Source of the DNA: an uncultured Aquimarina sp.
GTDB taxonomy: Bacteria; Bacteroidota; Bacteroidia; Flavobacteriales; Flavobacteriaceae
Assembly: GCF_947496855.1 (NCBI RefSeq)
Contig: NZ_CANMED010000008.1
Span: 76,509 to 140,508, forward strand
Length of the DNA: 64,000 nt
Reading direction: 5' to 3'
Positions 9,502 through 18,010 of this stretch are shown in pieces. Position 1 is the first letter of the stretch, and each line of letters starts with the position of its first letter. The position numbers and the translations under genes are program-made. The notes beneath the pieces are model-generated. The model made no database searches. It had not been told where the DNA came from and saw only the letters and a list, made by a program, of their open reading frames with translations.

Positions 9502-9537
9502 CCTCTGCCTTTCAGGCATCTCCCTAAAAAAGGGAGA
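9502..9537. repeat. Twin hairpins in the sheath-tube spacer (TGCCT-TTC-AGGCA and TCTCCCT-AAAAA-AGGGAGA)
   Basis: Read directly at 9506..9518 and 9519..9537, about 24 nt upstream (transcript sense) of the tube ATG at 9482. Confidence 0.6.
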
Positions 9538-9649
9538 AGTATTTTTTTTTAAGTTACTTGTTTGGCAAAAGAGAGATGTTATTATTAATGATTTACTTTA
9601 TGGTTATTTTATTTACTAACTACTAATATCTAGCTACTAAAAATCTACT

Positions 9650-11590
9650 CTAAGCTTCCTGCATTTTATGAGAGAATTTTAGAATAATAAACTCCGCTGG
9701 TCTTACCACTGCCATTCCGATTTCAATAATCATATTACCATCAAGAATATCATTAGCTGTCATCGTCTCTCCTAAACCAACATTAACGTAAAATGCTTTA
9801 TCAGGTGTTGGCCCGGCAAGTGCTCCTGCTCTCCATTGTAGTGTTAAGAAGTTATTAATCATTGCTTTTACACGAACCCAAGTATTCATATCATTTGGCT
9901 CAAAAACGAATTGCTCTGTTGCTTTCTTGATGGATTCTTCTGCCATATTAAAGAATCTTCTTACTGGAACATATCTCCATTCTTTATCATTACCTGCTAA
10001 AGTTCTTGCTCCCCAAACTAATGTTCCTTTTCCTGTAAAAGTTCTGATGGCATTTATTGATTTACCAGTTGTATGTACGTTTAGATCAAATTGATCTTCG
10101 TGAGATACCTGAACAGATGGTTTCGTTACATAATTAACACTCACATTAGCTGGTGCTTTCCATACTCCACGATCACTATCAACACGAGCGTACACTCCTG
10201 CCATTGCAGAACTTGGTGGTAGTTTTATAGGCAGCAAACCTATTTCTGCTTTGATTCTGTTATACAAAGCATTATCTGTTGGTTCCAGCGTATTTAATTT
10301 TACTGTTGTTGTTCCCCCACCAGAGGATGGTAAAGCAGCTATCAACGTAAACAATTCTCCTGAAGCAATTAAAGTATCTACTTTTGATTTCATTGAGTCC
10401 GCTGCTGCATCATCATTATGGACTCCTAAAACTCTTCGTAAAGACGGATCATTTGTCGTACTTGTTGAAATCTCATTTTGCACTGTAAGTTTAGAGTCGT
10501 CACTATTGAGTCTATCAATAGTTTTATTTAGATCCAACACTGTTTGCTCTAATTCATCCGTCATCCAAGTATCTAGCGCGTTAGCTTCTGTGTCAGCACT
10601 TCCGTCTGCTCTAGCTATGTCCAAACCGTTCTTTAATCCTGATTTTAGAGTTTGTATATAACTAATAATCTCATTTATTTTTGCTTGAATATTAGGAACT
10701 AATGCAATAGAAGCGGCATCATCTGCTGCGTTATTCACTTGTGTTTCTAAATCATCTAAGTCCAAAATATGGTCATCAATTTCTGTAGTATCGATTGCAT
10801 CTGCAATATCCTGAACTTCTTGTTGAACATCCGCTGGACCTGCTGCGCTTTGGGTTACATCAATTTGACTTTCATCATATGAATAATCTAAGATTGTTTC
10901 TAAGAACGGATAGTATACAGCACCATACTTTAAATAATCTTTTTCAGAATTAATACCATCACGAACTGCAGCGTCTGGATTTACATCATTATTTAGATCG
11001 TTGTTATACTCTGCATCAGAGTAGGTATCGATAATTGTAAACCTATCTTGTAAATCTTTACATTGTGCTAAGGCATTCTTATAAAGGTTATAAAAATCCC
11101 CATCACTTAAAAGCGATGTTGCATCTGGAAACACCAATAAAGTTGGTTCATCTTCTTTTCTAATTAAATCCAATCCTATATTTAATTTAGAAAATTCTAC
11201 AAGTGTAGCTGGAAATGAAAGATTAGCATCATACTGCCCTACAGATACTATATAGCAAGGACCCCCTCCATTTGCAAAATATATTTGCATAGCGTAGAAC
11301 ATCATAAACGGAGACTTATTCGCCGATGTTGGAGGCGTAGCTGATATCACTTCGTCTATTACTGAAACTGTGATATCAGTTTCTTTTTTTGCATTTCCAA
11401 AATAGGTTTCGTATTCCAATAAGGAAGTAATTCTTGTGGGAATATTGTCCAAATCTCCTTCGGCTTTTTTCATTGCTTTCTCTGTGTATCCTATAAAAGC
11501 CGGTATTGCTGTTTCTACTTGGGCTACCGAAGGAGGAAATTTTACAATCTCCTCGATATAGACCCCTGGTGTTTTGTACGTAGTTGCCAT
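9650..11590 (-). CDS. Contractile tail sheath protein (Afp2/Cis2-like) with a large internal insertion
   Basis: 646 aa. The N-terminus MATTYKTPGVYIEEI and the C-terminal GVWKAPANVSV...TLVWGARTLAG...WRYVPVRRFFNMAEESI are canonical sheath motifs. Confidence 0.9.
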   Translation of the reverse strand: MATTYKTPGVYIEEIVKFPPSVAQVETAIPAFIGYTEKAMKKAEGDLDNIPTRITSLLEYETYFGNAKKETDITVSVIDEVISATPPTSANKSPFMMFYAMQIYFANGGGPCYIVSVGQYDANLSFPATLVEFSKLNIGLDLIRKEDEPTLLVFPDATSLLSDGDFYNLYKNALAQCKDLQDRFTIIDTYSDAEYNNDLNNDVNPDAAVRDGINSEKDYLKYGAVYYPFLETILDYSYDESQIDVTQSAAGPADVQQEVQDIADAIDTTEIDDHILDLDDLETQVNNAADDAASIALVPNIQAKINEIISYIQTLKSGLKNGLDIARADGSADTEANALDTWMTDELEQTVLDLNKTIDRLNSDDSKLTVQNEISTSTTNDPSLRRVLGVHNDDAAADSMKSKVDTLIASGELFTLIAALPSSGGGTTTVKLNTLEPTDNALYNRIKAEIGLLPIKLPPSSAMAGVYARVDSDRGVWKAPANVSVNYVTKPSVQVSHEDQFDLNVHTTGKSINAIRTFTGKGTLVWGARTLAGNDKEWRYVPVRRFFNMAEESIKKATEQFVFEPNDMNTWVRVKAMINNFLTLQWRAGALAGPTPDKAFYVNVGLGETMTANDILDGNMIIEIGMAVVRPAEFIILKFSHKMQEA

Positions 11591-11605
11591 AATTTTAATT
11601 GTTTT

Positions 11606-12616
11606 TTAAATAAAAATTTCAGAATATGTTGTTGTTATATTTGTGTTTACGTCAGTAATTTGTTTTATAATGTTAACCGTAGGGTTAGGAAAAATGTATT
11701 TATCTATATCTGTGGGTAATGGACCAGAAAAATCGGCATCTGGATCAATTTCTATAAAACCATTTCTGGTTAAAGGTTTTACTGAAGAAGTTTCCAATTC
11801 GTTTTCATCCGATTTCTTAATATACTTCCAAATGGTTTTCCTGTTTTGGAAATGAAGTTTATATACTGGAGTGGGATCTAATAAGAAACTTTTAATATCA
11901 TTAGGATCTGTACTATCTATCTCTAGGACGTCCATATTATCATCACCAACCATTTGTAGTTCTATGATTCCTAATAATCCTCTACCTTGTTCTTTTTGGA
12001 TGTATTGATCTATAATTTTTTTTCCTTCGTCTGTAACCAGATCATCATTATCTAGTTCTGCAACAAGATCTAATCGTGTCGCTATTTCTGCTCTTATATT
12101 GTCTTGCTCCAAATCGAACCATAGCTGTCTTGTGCTTTCTTCTGTTAATAAAAAATCATCAGTAATGAGATCGTTTGAGGAACTTAGATGAATATATGAG
12201 TACGGATCTGCTTCAGTGGATGGTTGCCTATTAGAAAAATAATAAAGTCTATTATCAGTTTGTGTTAATTCAGTATAGTTATCAAATAAATGATCTTTTA
12301 TGTATACCAAAAAGGTAAGTTTTAGATCATTTTCTAAAAACCTATGCGATTTAAATTTATTATTTTCTTCAATCACACTACCTAATATTCTGAAACTACC
12401 CAGCCCCTTTCTTAAAACTAACTTATGATTTCTTAAGGTTGCCTGAGTTGCGTATGTTGGGATCACATTGATATAATCTAAAAAATTGTAGTTTTTTAGT
12501 TGTTCTTTTTTATCATCATCATTCATAGATATATAAGGAGACAATCCGTCATCCAGGAAATAAGAATGTAATAGCTCTATCTCAAACAATGTTTTATATA
12601 GTGTTCTAAATGCCAT
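11606..12616 (-). CDS. Hypothetical protein, eCIS-operon member of unknown role
   Basis: 336-aa ORF packed between the DUF4255 gene (1-nt gap) and the sheath gene (15-nt gap). I recognise no motif in it. Confidence 0.6.
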   Translation of the reverse strand: MAFRTLYKTLFEIELLHSYFLDDGLSPYISMNDDDKKEQLKNYNFLDYINVIPTYATQATLRNHKLVLRKGLGSFRILGSVIEENNKFKSHRFLENDLKLTFLVYIKDHLFDNYTELTQTDNRLYYFSNRQPSTEADPYSYIHLSSSNDLITDDFLLTEESTRQLWFDLEQDNIRAEIATRLDLVAELDNDDLVTDEGKKIIDQYIQKEQGRGLLGIIELQMVGDDNMDVLEIDSTDPNDIKSFLLDPTPVYKLHFQNRKTIWKYIKKSDENELETSSVKPLTRNGFIEIDPDADFSGPLPTDIDKYIFPNPTVNIIKQITDVNTNITTTYSEIFI

Positions 12617-12617
12617 T

Positions 12618-13208
12618 TTATTTATGATTTAGAGTTCCATTTATTTCGGTGATTAAACTTCCTTCCGATTGTGTAACATCTCTTTCGATTTCGAGAACAC
12701 TTGCTTTATATATTACAGAAGGATACTGTTTACCTCCAAGTGTACCCCAGATAAAATTCATCTCTTCGAAGGATGGACTAAAGAGTTCTACTGTAAATCG
12801 AAAGCCTCTAATCTTATCCATTCCATCTACTTCTCTATCAAAACTGGTATTACTTTGTGTAAAAATTCTTTTTGACTGGAAAAACTCTATGATTTTTGAT
12901 AAACTTTTTAGTGATTCTGTATAATCACTTCTATTAGCAGAAAACATTAGATATAGATTCAAATGAACCTTGTTATTTTTGTAGACAACTTTGGTTCCTT
13001 CTATTTGATGGTTGAGTATGTTTTTTAATGTAGCTTCCTCCTCTGTATGCAGTAATGATAGTACTACATTATTACTGGTGTTTGAATTTTCGTTAGTTTC
13101 TGATTCTATAAAGGCTATATTATCTAATGAAACCGGTTTTTCTTCGATTTCTATATTGAAGAAATTGTTGACCTCTTCCGTAATAATTTGTAATACCTCG
13201 AATATCAT
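12618..13208 (-). CDS. DUF4255/Pvc16_N-like protein (tail terminator/cap, Afp16/Cis16-like)
   Basis: 196 aa. From memory, the N-terminus MIFEVLQIITEEVNNFFNIEIEEKPVSLDNIAFIE resembles the DUF4255 N-terminal pattern (MI.e.L..i...LN.f.......V.L.NI). It is the first gene of the operon. Confidence 0.65.
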   Translation of the reverse strand: MIFEVLQIITEEVNNFFNIEIEEKPVSLDNIAFIESETNENSNTSNNVVLSLLHTEEEATLKNILNHQIEGTKVVYKNNKVHLNLYLMFSANRSDYTESLKSLSKIIEFFQSKRIFTQSNTSFDREVDGMDKIRGFRFTVELFSPSFEEMNFIWGTLGGKQYPSVIYKASVLEIERDVTQSEGSLITEINGTLNHK

Positions 13209-13653
13209 ATTCTTTTAATTATGAATTAACTGTTTTCAAAAATCACTTTCTTCTGCATCAAGAGTTAAAAACAAAAAATGATGTACATTTTAAAATCCAA
13301 AGAAATAGGGCGGGTTTATACTAATAAGTGGGGTAAGTACTCTTAATCAATTAAAAAGGGAATTATAGGTTTGATTAAGATGATATAAAATTATGTTTTA
13401 GACAGATAAGTTAGCATAGCTAAAACACGGAATCTATAAAGGAAAATAACTTTTGAATAAAGGGTTAAATGTCCCTAAAAAATTACTGTTTTATTGTACT
13501 CTAATTAAGAAAGGAAAATTTAATGTTATAACCTATAGACCTAAGAATTTTCATTCCCTGAAAACAGTGAAGGTATTTTCACTATAAGAGGTGTACTCAA
13601 AATCTGTTTTATTCCGAATCTTTGTAAAGATTAAAACTAAAAGCACCTTTATT

Positions 13654-14223
13654 ATGAAAAAGATACTCTTTACTCTATTGTCATTTTTAAATCTATTTTT
13701 CTTTACCAAAACTAACGCTCAGGAATTGGCACTCTTAACTAACAAAATTACAGATAGTACTTATTCAAATATTGGTAAACAGAAAAATATTCAGAATACA
13801 TTCTACTATAACAATGGTTCAATTAAAGAAATAAGAGAGACAAAGGGTAACAAATTAAACGGATCATGGAAACTCTTTTACACTAACGGAAAATTAAAAA
13901 AGGAAGGAGCATTCAAAAATGATAAAACTCAGGGTCAGTGGAAAATTTATAATAAAAATGGAGCCTTAACCTTTATCGAAAATTATAATAATGGTGAGGA
14001 ACATGGTAATTGGAAAGCTTTTTATTCTGATGGGAAGATAAAAATTGAAGGTACGTTTGTGGAAGGTAAACGACAAGGTCCATGGAAAATATACAATCAA
14101 TTAGGAGCGTTAGAAAAAATTGTGACGTTTGAAAATGATATAGAAAAAAGTGAATTAATTTTAAATCACCAACCAATAGACCTAAACTTCTTTCCCGTTA
14201 GCCAATCTATTGGTAATTACTAG
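13654..14223 (+). CDS. Exported MORN-repeat-variant protein (YwqK-like repeat family)
   Basis: The track ORF starts at GTG 13591. I prefer ATG 13654, which gives the signal peptide MKKILFTLLSFLNLFFFTKTNAQ. It has repeated G.WK.FY.NGKLK.EG.F..GK..G.WKIYN.NG units. Confidence 0.7.
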   Translation: MKKILFTLLSFLNLFFFTKTNAQELALLTNKITDSTYSNIGKQKNIQNTFYYNNGSIKEIRETKGNKLNGSWKLFYTNGKLKKEGAFKNDKTQGQWKIYNKNGALTFIENYNNGEEHGNWKAFYSDGKIKIEGTFVEGKRQGPWKIYNQLGALEKIVTFENDIEKSELILNHQPIDLNFFPVSQSIGNY

Positions 14224-14247
14224 GAATTAAATAAACTTCACATAATC

Positions 14248-14598
14248 ATGATAACAATTATTTTACTGATAATAGGCATCGCAATTATATTGTTGTATTA
14301 TCAATCCTATTGGTCAAAAATTGAACGACATTATGAATGTATCAATTATGAAAATTATTCACTAATTAAAGAATCTCCTTTTTCTAAAGAGTGCAGCACT
14401 TATGAAATTTTACAGAAAGAAAACGAGATCTGGTTTAAAATAGATGGATATTCCTTGTTTTATATTCATTTAATGTCAAAAGAGTCAAGAAATGTTGAAT
14501 TAATCGGATTGGATGGGTATGGGATTCGAAACATGGAATTTAAAAAATATGTTTGTAAACTGGTTCAAAAAATAAAAATAAAACATAATAGTAATTAA
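14248..14598 (+). CDS. Hypothetical small protein with one N-terminal transmembrane helix
   Basis: 116 aa, N-terminus MITIILLIIGIAIILLYY. It starts 24 nt after the MORN gene. Confidence 0.5.
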   Translation: MITIILLIIGIAIILLYYQSYWSKIERHYECINYENYSLIKESPFSKECSTYEILQKENEIWFKIDGYSLFYIHLMSKESRNVELIGLDGYGIRNMEFKKYVCKLVQKIKIKHNSN

Positions 14599-14794
14599 GT
14601 AGAGTTCTTATATGAATTAACCCTATAAAATTGTTTCTTTTAAATTCTTACCTCGTTAGAAAATTATTCAATAACTATATTTCGACTTAGATCAATAAAA
14701 GTCGTTATTCAGGAGTTTTCTTCCTCATCTGAAATTAAAATAACTCCATTTAGTTTTTTTATCATTTTCATATAAGATCAAGATAAATTAAAAT

Positions 14795-14821
14795 AAGGGA
14801 GAAAATTAAATTTTCTCCCTT
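14795..14821. terminator. Bidirectional rho-independent terminator between convergent genes
   Basis: aagggagaaaat-taa-attttctccctt forms a 12-bp perfect stem, flanked by an A-run and a T-run. Confidence 0.65.
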
Positions 14822-14850
14822 ATTTTTTTAATATCAGAACGGTGTAATAC

Positions 14851-17730
14851 TTACATCTTTACATCGGACAATTTCACTTCTTTAGCATCTTTGTCTAACA
14901 TTAATACTTCATCAAAACCCGCATTCTTAAATTGCTCAAATTGAGTAGCTCCATCACCAATAACTAAATAAGCCATTTTGGACTCATCAAGATATTTGTT
15001 AGCTAATGCTTTATGTTGCTCAAGAGTCATTCCTTCGATAATTGTTTCTTCTTTAGCTATATAATTAGGGTCAAGATCATATCGACCCATTTCTTGTAAC
15101 ATCCCTAACAATGCTCCCTGAGTCTCAAATCTACGTGCGTTTGATTTGATCAAAGCATTTTTAGTAAATTCTAAGTCTTCTTCAGAAATTCCTCCTTTAT
15201 ATTTTTCTATCTCATCTTTAAAGATTTTCACAGATTCAAAAGTAGTATTCGTACGTACGCTAGAAGACGCAGTAAATGTTCCAGGAATCTTGCTACCACT
15301 AAATCCTGATCTGGCACCATATGTATATCCTTTTTCTTCTCTAAGAATTAGATTTACATTTCCAGAGAAAGATCCTCCTAATTTATAGTTCATAACAGTC
15401 GCAGGAAAATAATCCTCATCCGTACGAGCCATAGAGAGATAACCAATATTAATAACAGATTGCTTTGCATTAGGAATATCTACAAAATATAATGAAGATT
15501 TATCTCTATTGTTTACAATCTCATATTCCGGAATCGTTACTTCTTTACTTGCCCATTTACTTTCTAAATTTTTAAGAGCAGTAAGTGCCTTATCTTGATT
15601 TAAATCTCCTACAATCTGAAACTTACTCACAGAAGGAGAGAAATTGTTCGTATAAAATTGTTTTAAATCATCAATAGTGATCGATTCTACAGACGCAACT
15701 GTTCCGATTGTAGGATATGCAAACATATGTTTTTCACCATAAAGTACTTTATTATATACATTTCTAGCTACAACATTAGGGTTAGCGGCAGATCTTTTAA
15801 TATCATTAATAGTTTTTGTCTTAATTCTACCAAACTCCTCTTCATCCCATCTTGGTTCCATAAGAATCTCTTCTACTAAATCAATAGTCTTCTCTAAATT
15901 ACGAACTAAGGTGTTTCCACTAATCACTATAGCTTCTCTTGTCGTATACATATTAATGGAAGCTCCTAGTAATTCTATTTCTTCTTCTAATTGCTCAGGA
16001 GTTTTAGTAGCTGTTCCTTCCATCAAGATATCAGTCATAAGGTTAGCAACACCTACTTTATCAAAAGAGTCTAATAAATGTCCTCCTGATATTATCAAAC
16101 TGAAATTTGCTAACGGAAGTTCATTTTGTTCAATACCATATACTTTCATACCATTAGCCAGTGTCGTATTCCAAGAAGATGGCACATTCAATTTAGGTGA
16201 TTCTCCTTCTTTTGGAGCTACAGATCGATCAATAGCGGAAGGTGTTTTCTCTATTTCTTCTTGTACCTCAGCTACAGCAGTTTCTACATTTTCCTTGATT
16301 TCTTCCTCTACCACAGCTGCTTTCACAGAATCATTTGCTGCCAAATCAGTCTTTCCTTTAGGCACAAAACTAGTGATTATATAAGGCTTATCCTTGATGT
16401 ATGTATTATAAACTCTAACTACATCTTCCTTAGTAACCGCTTTAATATTTTCTATATCTTTAGTTATAAATCCAGGATCTCCTGCAAAAACGTTATACTG
16501 AGCTAATTGAAACGATTTTCCTAACACACTACTGATTCCATTGTAGAATTGCGTTTCTAGACCTGCTTTAATACGCTCAATATCTGTTTCAGTGATTCCT
16601 TCTTCTTCAAATTTCTTAAATGCTTCAAAAACCCCAGCTTCGATATCAGCTAGGCTTTTTCCTTCATTAGCTGTAATATTAACTCTAAATTTTCCTGCAA
16701 TTTCCATAGAGCGATTCCAAGCATTCGTATCAGAAGTTAATTCTTTCTCTTTTACTAATACTTTATATAAAGGTGCTTTCTTTCCTTCTGCCAATAATTC
16801 TCCTAAAAAGTCTAGTGCATATGCATCCTTAGTATATTGTTCTACGGTTGGCCAAACCATATTAAGCTGTGCAGTAGTAGCAAAATTATCTTCGTGCATA
16901 AACCTTTTCGTTTCTGATAAGGTCACATTCTGAACTTTAAGTTTTTCTACAGTTTGTCTTTTTTTGATCTCGCCAAAATACTTTTCGATCATTGCTTTAG
17001 CATCTGCAGTTTCAAAATCTCCTGCAAGTACTAAAGTTGCATTGTTTGGGCCATAATACTTATCATAAAATTCTTTTACATCTTCTACCGTTGCATTCTG
17101 AAGGTCTACTAACTCACCAATTACCTGCCAGTTATATGGATGTCCTTCTGGGAAAATATTTTTGTCGATGACCCAACTGGTATGTCCATAAGGGTTGTTG
17201 TCTACACGTTGTCTTTTTTCATTCTGAACCACTTCTTGCTGATTCTTAAAAGCACCTTCCGTAACAGTATTGATTAAGAATCCCATTCTATCAGATTCTA
17301 ACCACATAACTGTTTCCATTGCATTTTTAGGAACTACTTCATAGTATATAGTTCCATCCTGCCAAGTTCCTCCATTAAGAGTTCCTCCAACATCCTGAAT
17401 TATTTTAAAGAATTGATCCTGAGGTACATTCTCTGATTCTTGGAACAACATATGTTCAAATAAATGAGCAAATCCAGTTCTTCCAGTTTTTTCGCGGTTA
17501 GATCCAACTCCATACTGAATAGCTAAAGAAACAATAGGATCTGATTTATCCTGATGTAAAACTACCTGAAGACCGTTTTCTAATTCATACTTTTCGAAAT
17601 CGATGGATAACTTACCAACTTCTTTAGTTTCTGATTGTGCTTGTACTTCTGTTTCTTTCTTACAAGAAACGATTGTGAAAAATAAAAAGGATATTCCTAC
17701 AAGTAGCATCCTAGATATCTGATTTTTCAT
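14851..17730 (-). CDS. M16-family zinc metallopeptidase (two-lobe insulinase-like), lipoprotein
   Basis: 959 aa. It has the inverted zinc motif HLFEH (HxxEH) in GFAHLFEHMLFQ and a lipobox-like FTIVSCKKE. Confidence 0.9.
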   Translation of the reverse strand: MKNQISRMLLVGISFLFFTIVSCKKETEVQAQSETKEVGKLSIDFEKYELENGLQVVLHQDKSDPIVSLAIQYGVGSNREKTGRTGFAHLFEHMLFQESENVPQDQFFKIIQDVGGTLNGGTWQDGTIYYEVVPKNAMETVMWLESDRMGFLINTVTEGAFKNQQEVVQNEKRQRVDNNPYGHTSWVIDKNIFPEGHPYNWQVIGELVDLQNATVEDVKEFYDKYYGPNNATLVLAGDFETADAKAMIEKYFGEIKKRQTVEKLKVQNVTLSETKRFMHEDNFATTAQLNMVWPTVEQYTKDAYALDFLGELLAEGKKAPLYKVLVKEKELTSDTNAWNRSMEIAGKFRVNITANEGKSLADIEAGVFEAFKKFEEEGITETDIERIKAGLETQFYNGISSVLGKSFQLAQYNVFAGDPGFITKDIENIKAVTKEDVVRVYNTYIKDKPYIITSFVPKGKTDLAANDSVKAAVVEEEIKENVETAVAEVQEEIEKTPSAIDRSVAPKEGESPKLNVPSSWNTTLANGMKVYGIEQNELPLANFSLIISGGHLLDSFDKVGVANLMTDILMEGTATKTPEQLEEEIELLGASINMYTTREAIVISGNTLVRNLEKTIDLVEEILMEPRWDEEEFGRIKTKTINDIKRSAANPNVVARNVYNKVLYGEKHMFAYPTIGTVASVESITIDDLKQFYTNNFSPSVSKFQIVGDLNQDKALTALKNLESKWASKEVTIPEYEIVNNRDKSSLYFVDIPNAKQSVINIGYLSMARTDEDYFPATVMNYKLGGSFSGNVNLILREEKGYTYGARSGFSGSKIPGTFTASSSVRTNTTFESVKIFKDEIEKYKGGISEEDLEFTKNALIKSNARRFETQGALLGMLQEMGRYDLDPNYIAKEETIIEGMTLEQHKALANKYLDESKMAYLVIGDGATQFEQFKNAGFDEVLMLDKDAKEVKLSDVKM

Positions 17731-17861
17731 AGTTTAGTTTTTTGATTATGGGATAAAAGTAATTGAACAAGATGAGTATACATGTTGACGGATTATTAAA
17801 AAAAAGTTAAAAAGACTGTTTTTTATTCAATAAACTTTCTATATCCGTCAAAATTTTAAGG

Positions 17862-17898
17862 TTTACCCCAACCAACCATAACGATCCAAACTACGATA
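17862..17898 (-). repeat. Orphan copy of the last 11 codons plus stop of comM (35/37 identical to 21927..21963)
   Basis: tttaccccaaccaaccataacgatccaaactacgata versus tttaccccaaccaaccatcgcgatccaaactacgata. The orphan would encode YRSLDRYGWLG*, versus YRSLDRDGWLG* in comM. Confidence 0.8.
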
Positions 17899-18010
17899 CA
17901 TTCTGAAGTTGAAAAACAGAAAAAGCTCTCTTGATTCTATTTTGGAAAAATTCAGAACCTAGAGAGCTTTTTAAAATTTAATTCAAGAAAAGTAAATAAA
18001 ATTTATATAA

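Noticed and set aside
1-13208. The contractile gene set as a canonical T6SS or an intact prophage
   Set aside because: There is a single long sheath gene instead of a TssB/TssC pair. A DUF4255 cap and a LysM hub are present. No TssJ/L/M-like membrane complex, TssK or ClpV genes are in the window, and neither are head, portal, terminase or lysis genes. A prophage cannot be fully excluded because the operon leaves the window.
13591-13653. Upstream GTG start for the MORN-repeat gene
   Set aside because: The ATG at 13654 yields a canonical signal peptide (MKKILFTLLSFLNLFFFTKTNAQ). The 21 extra residues from the GTG would bury it.
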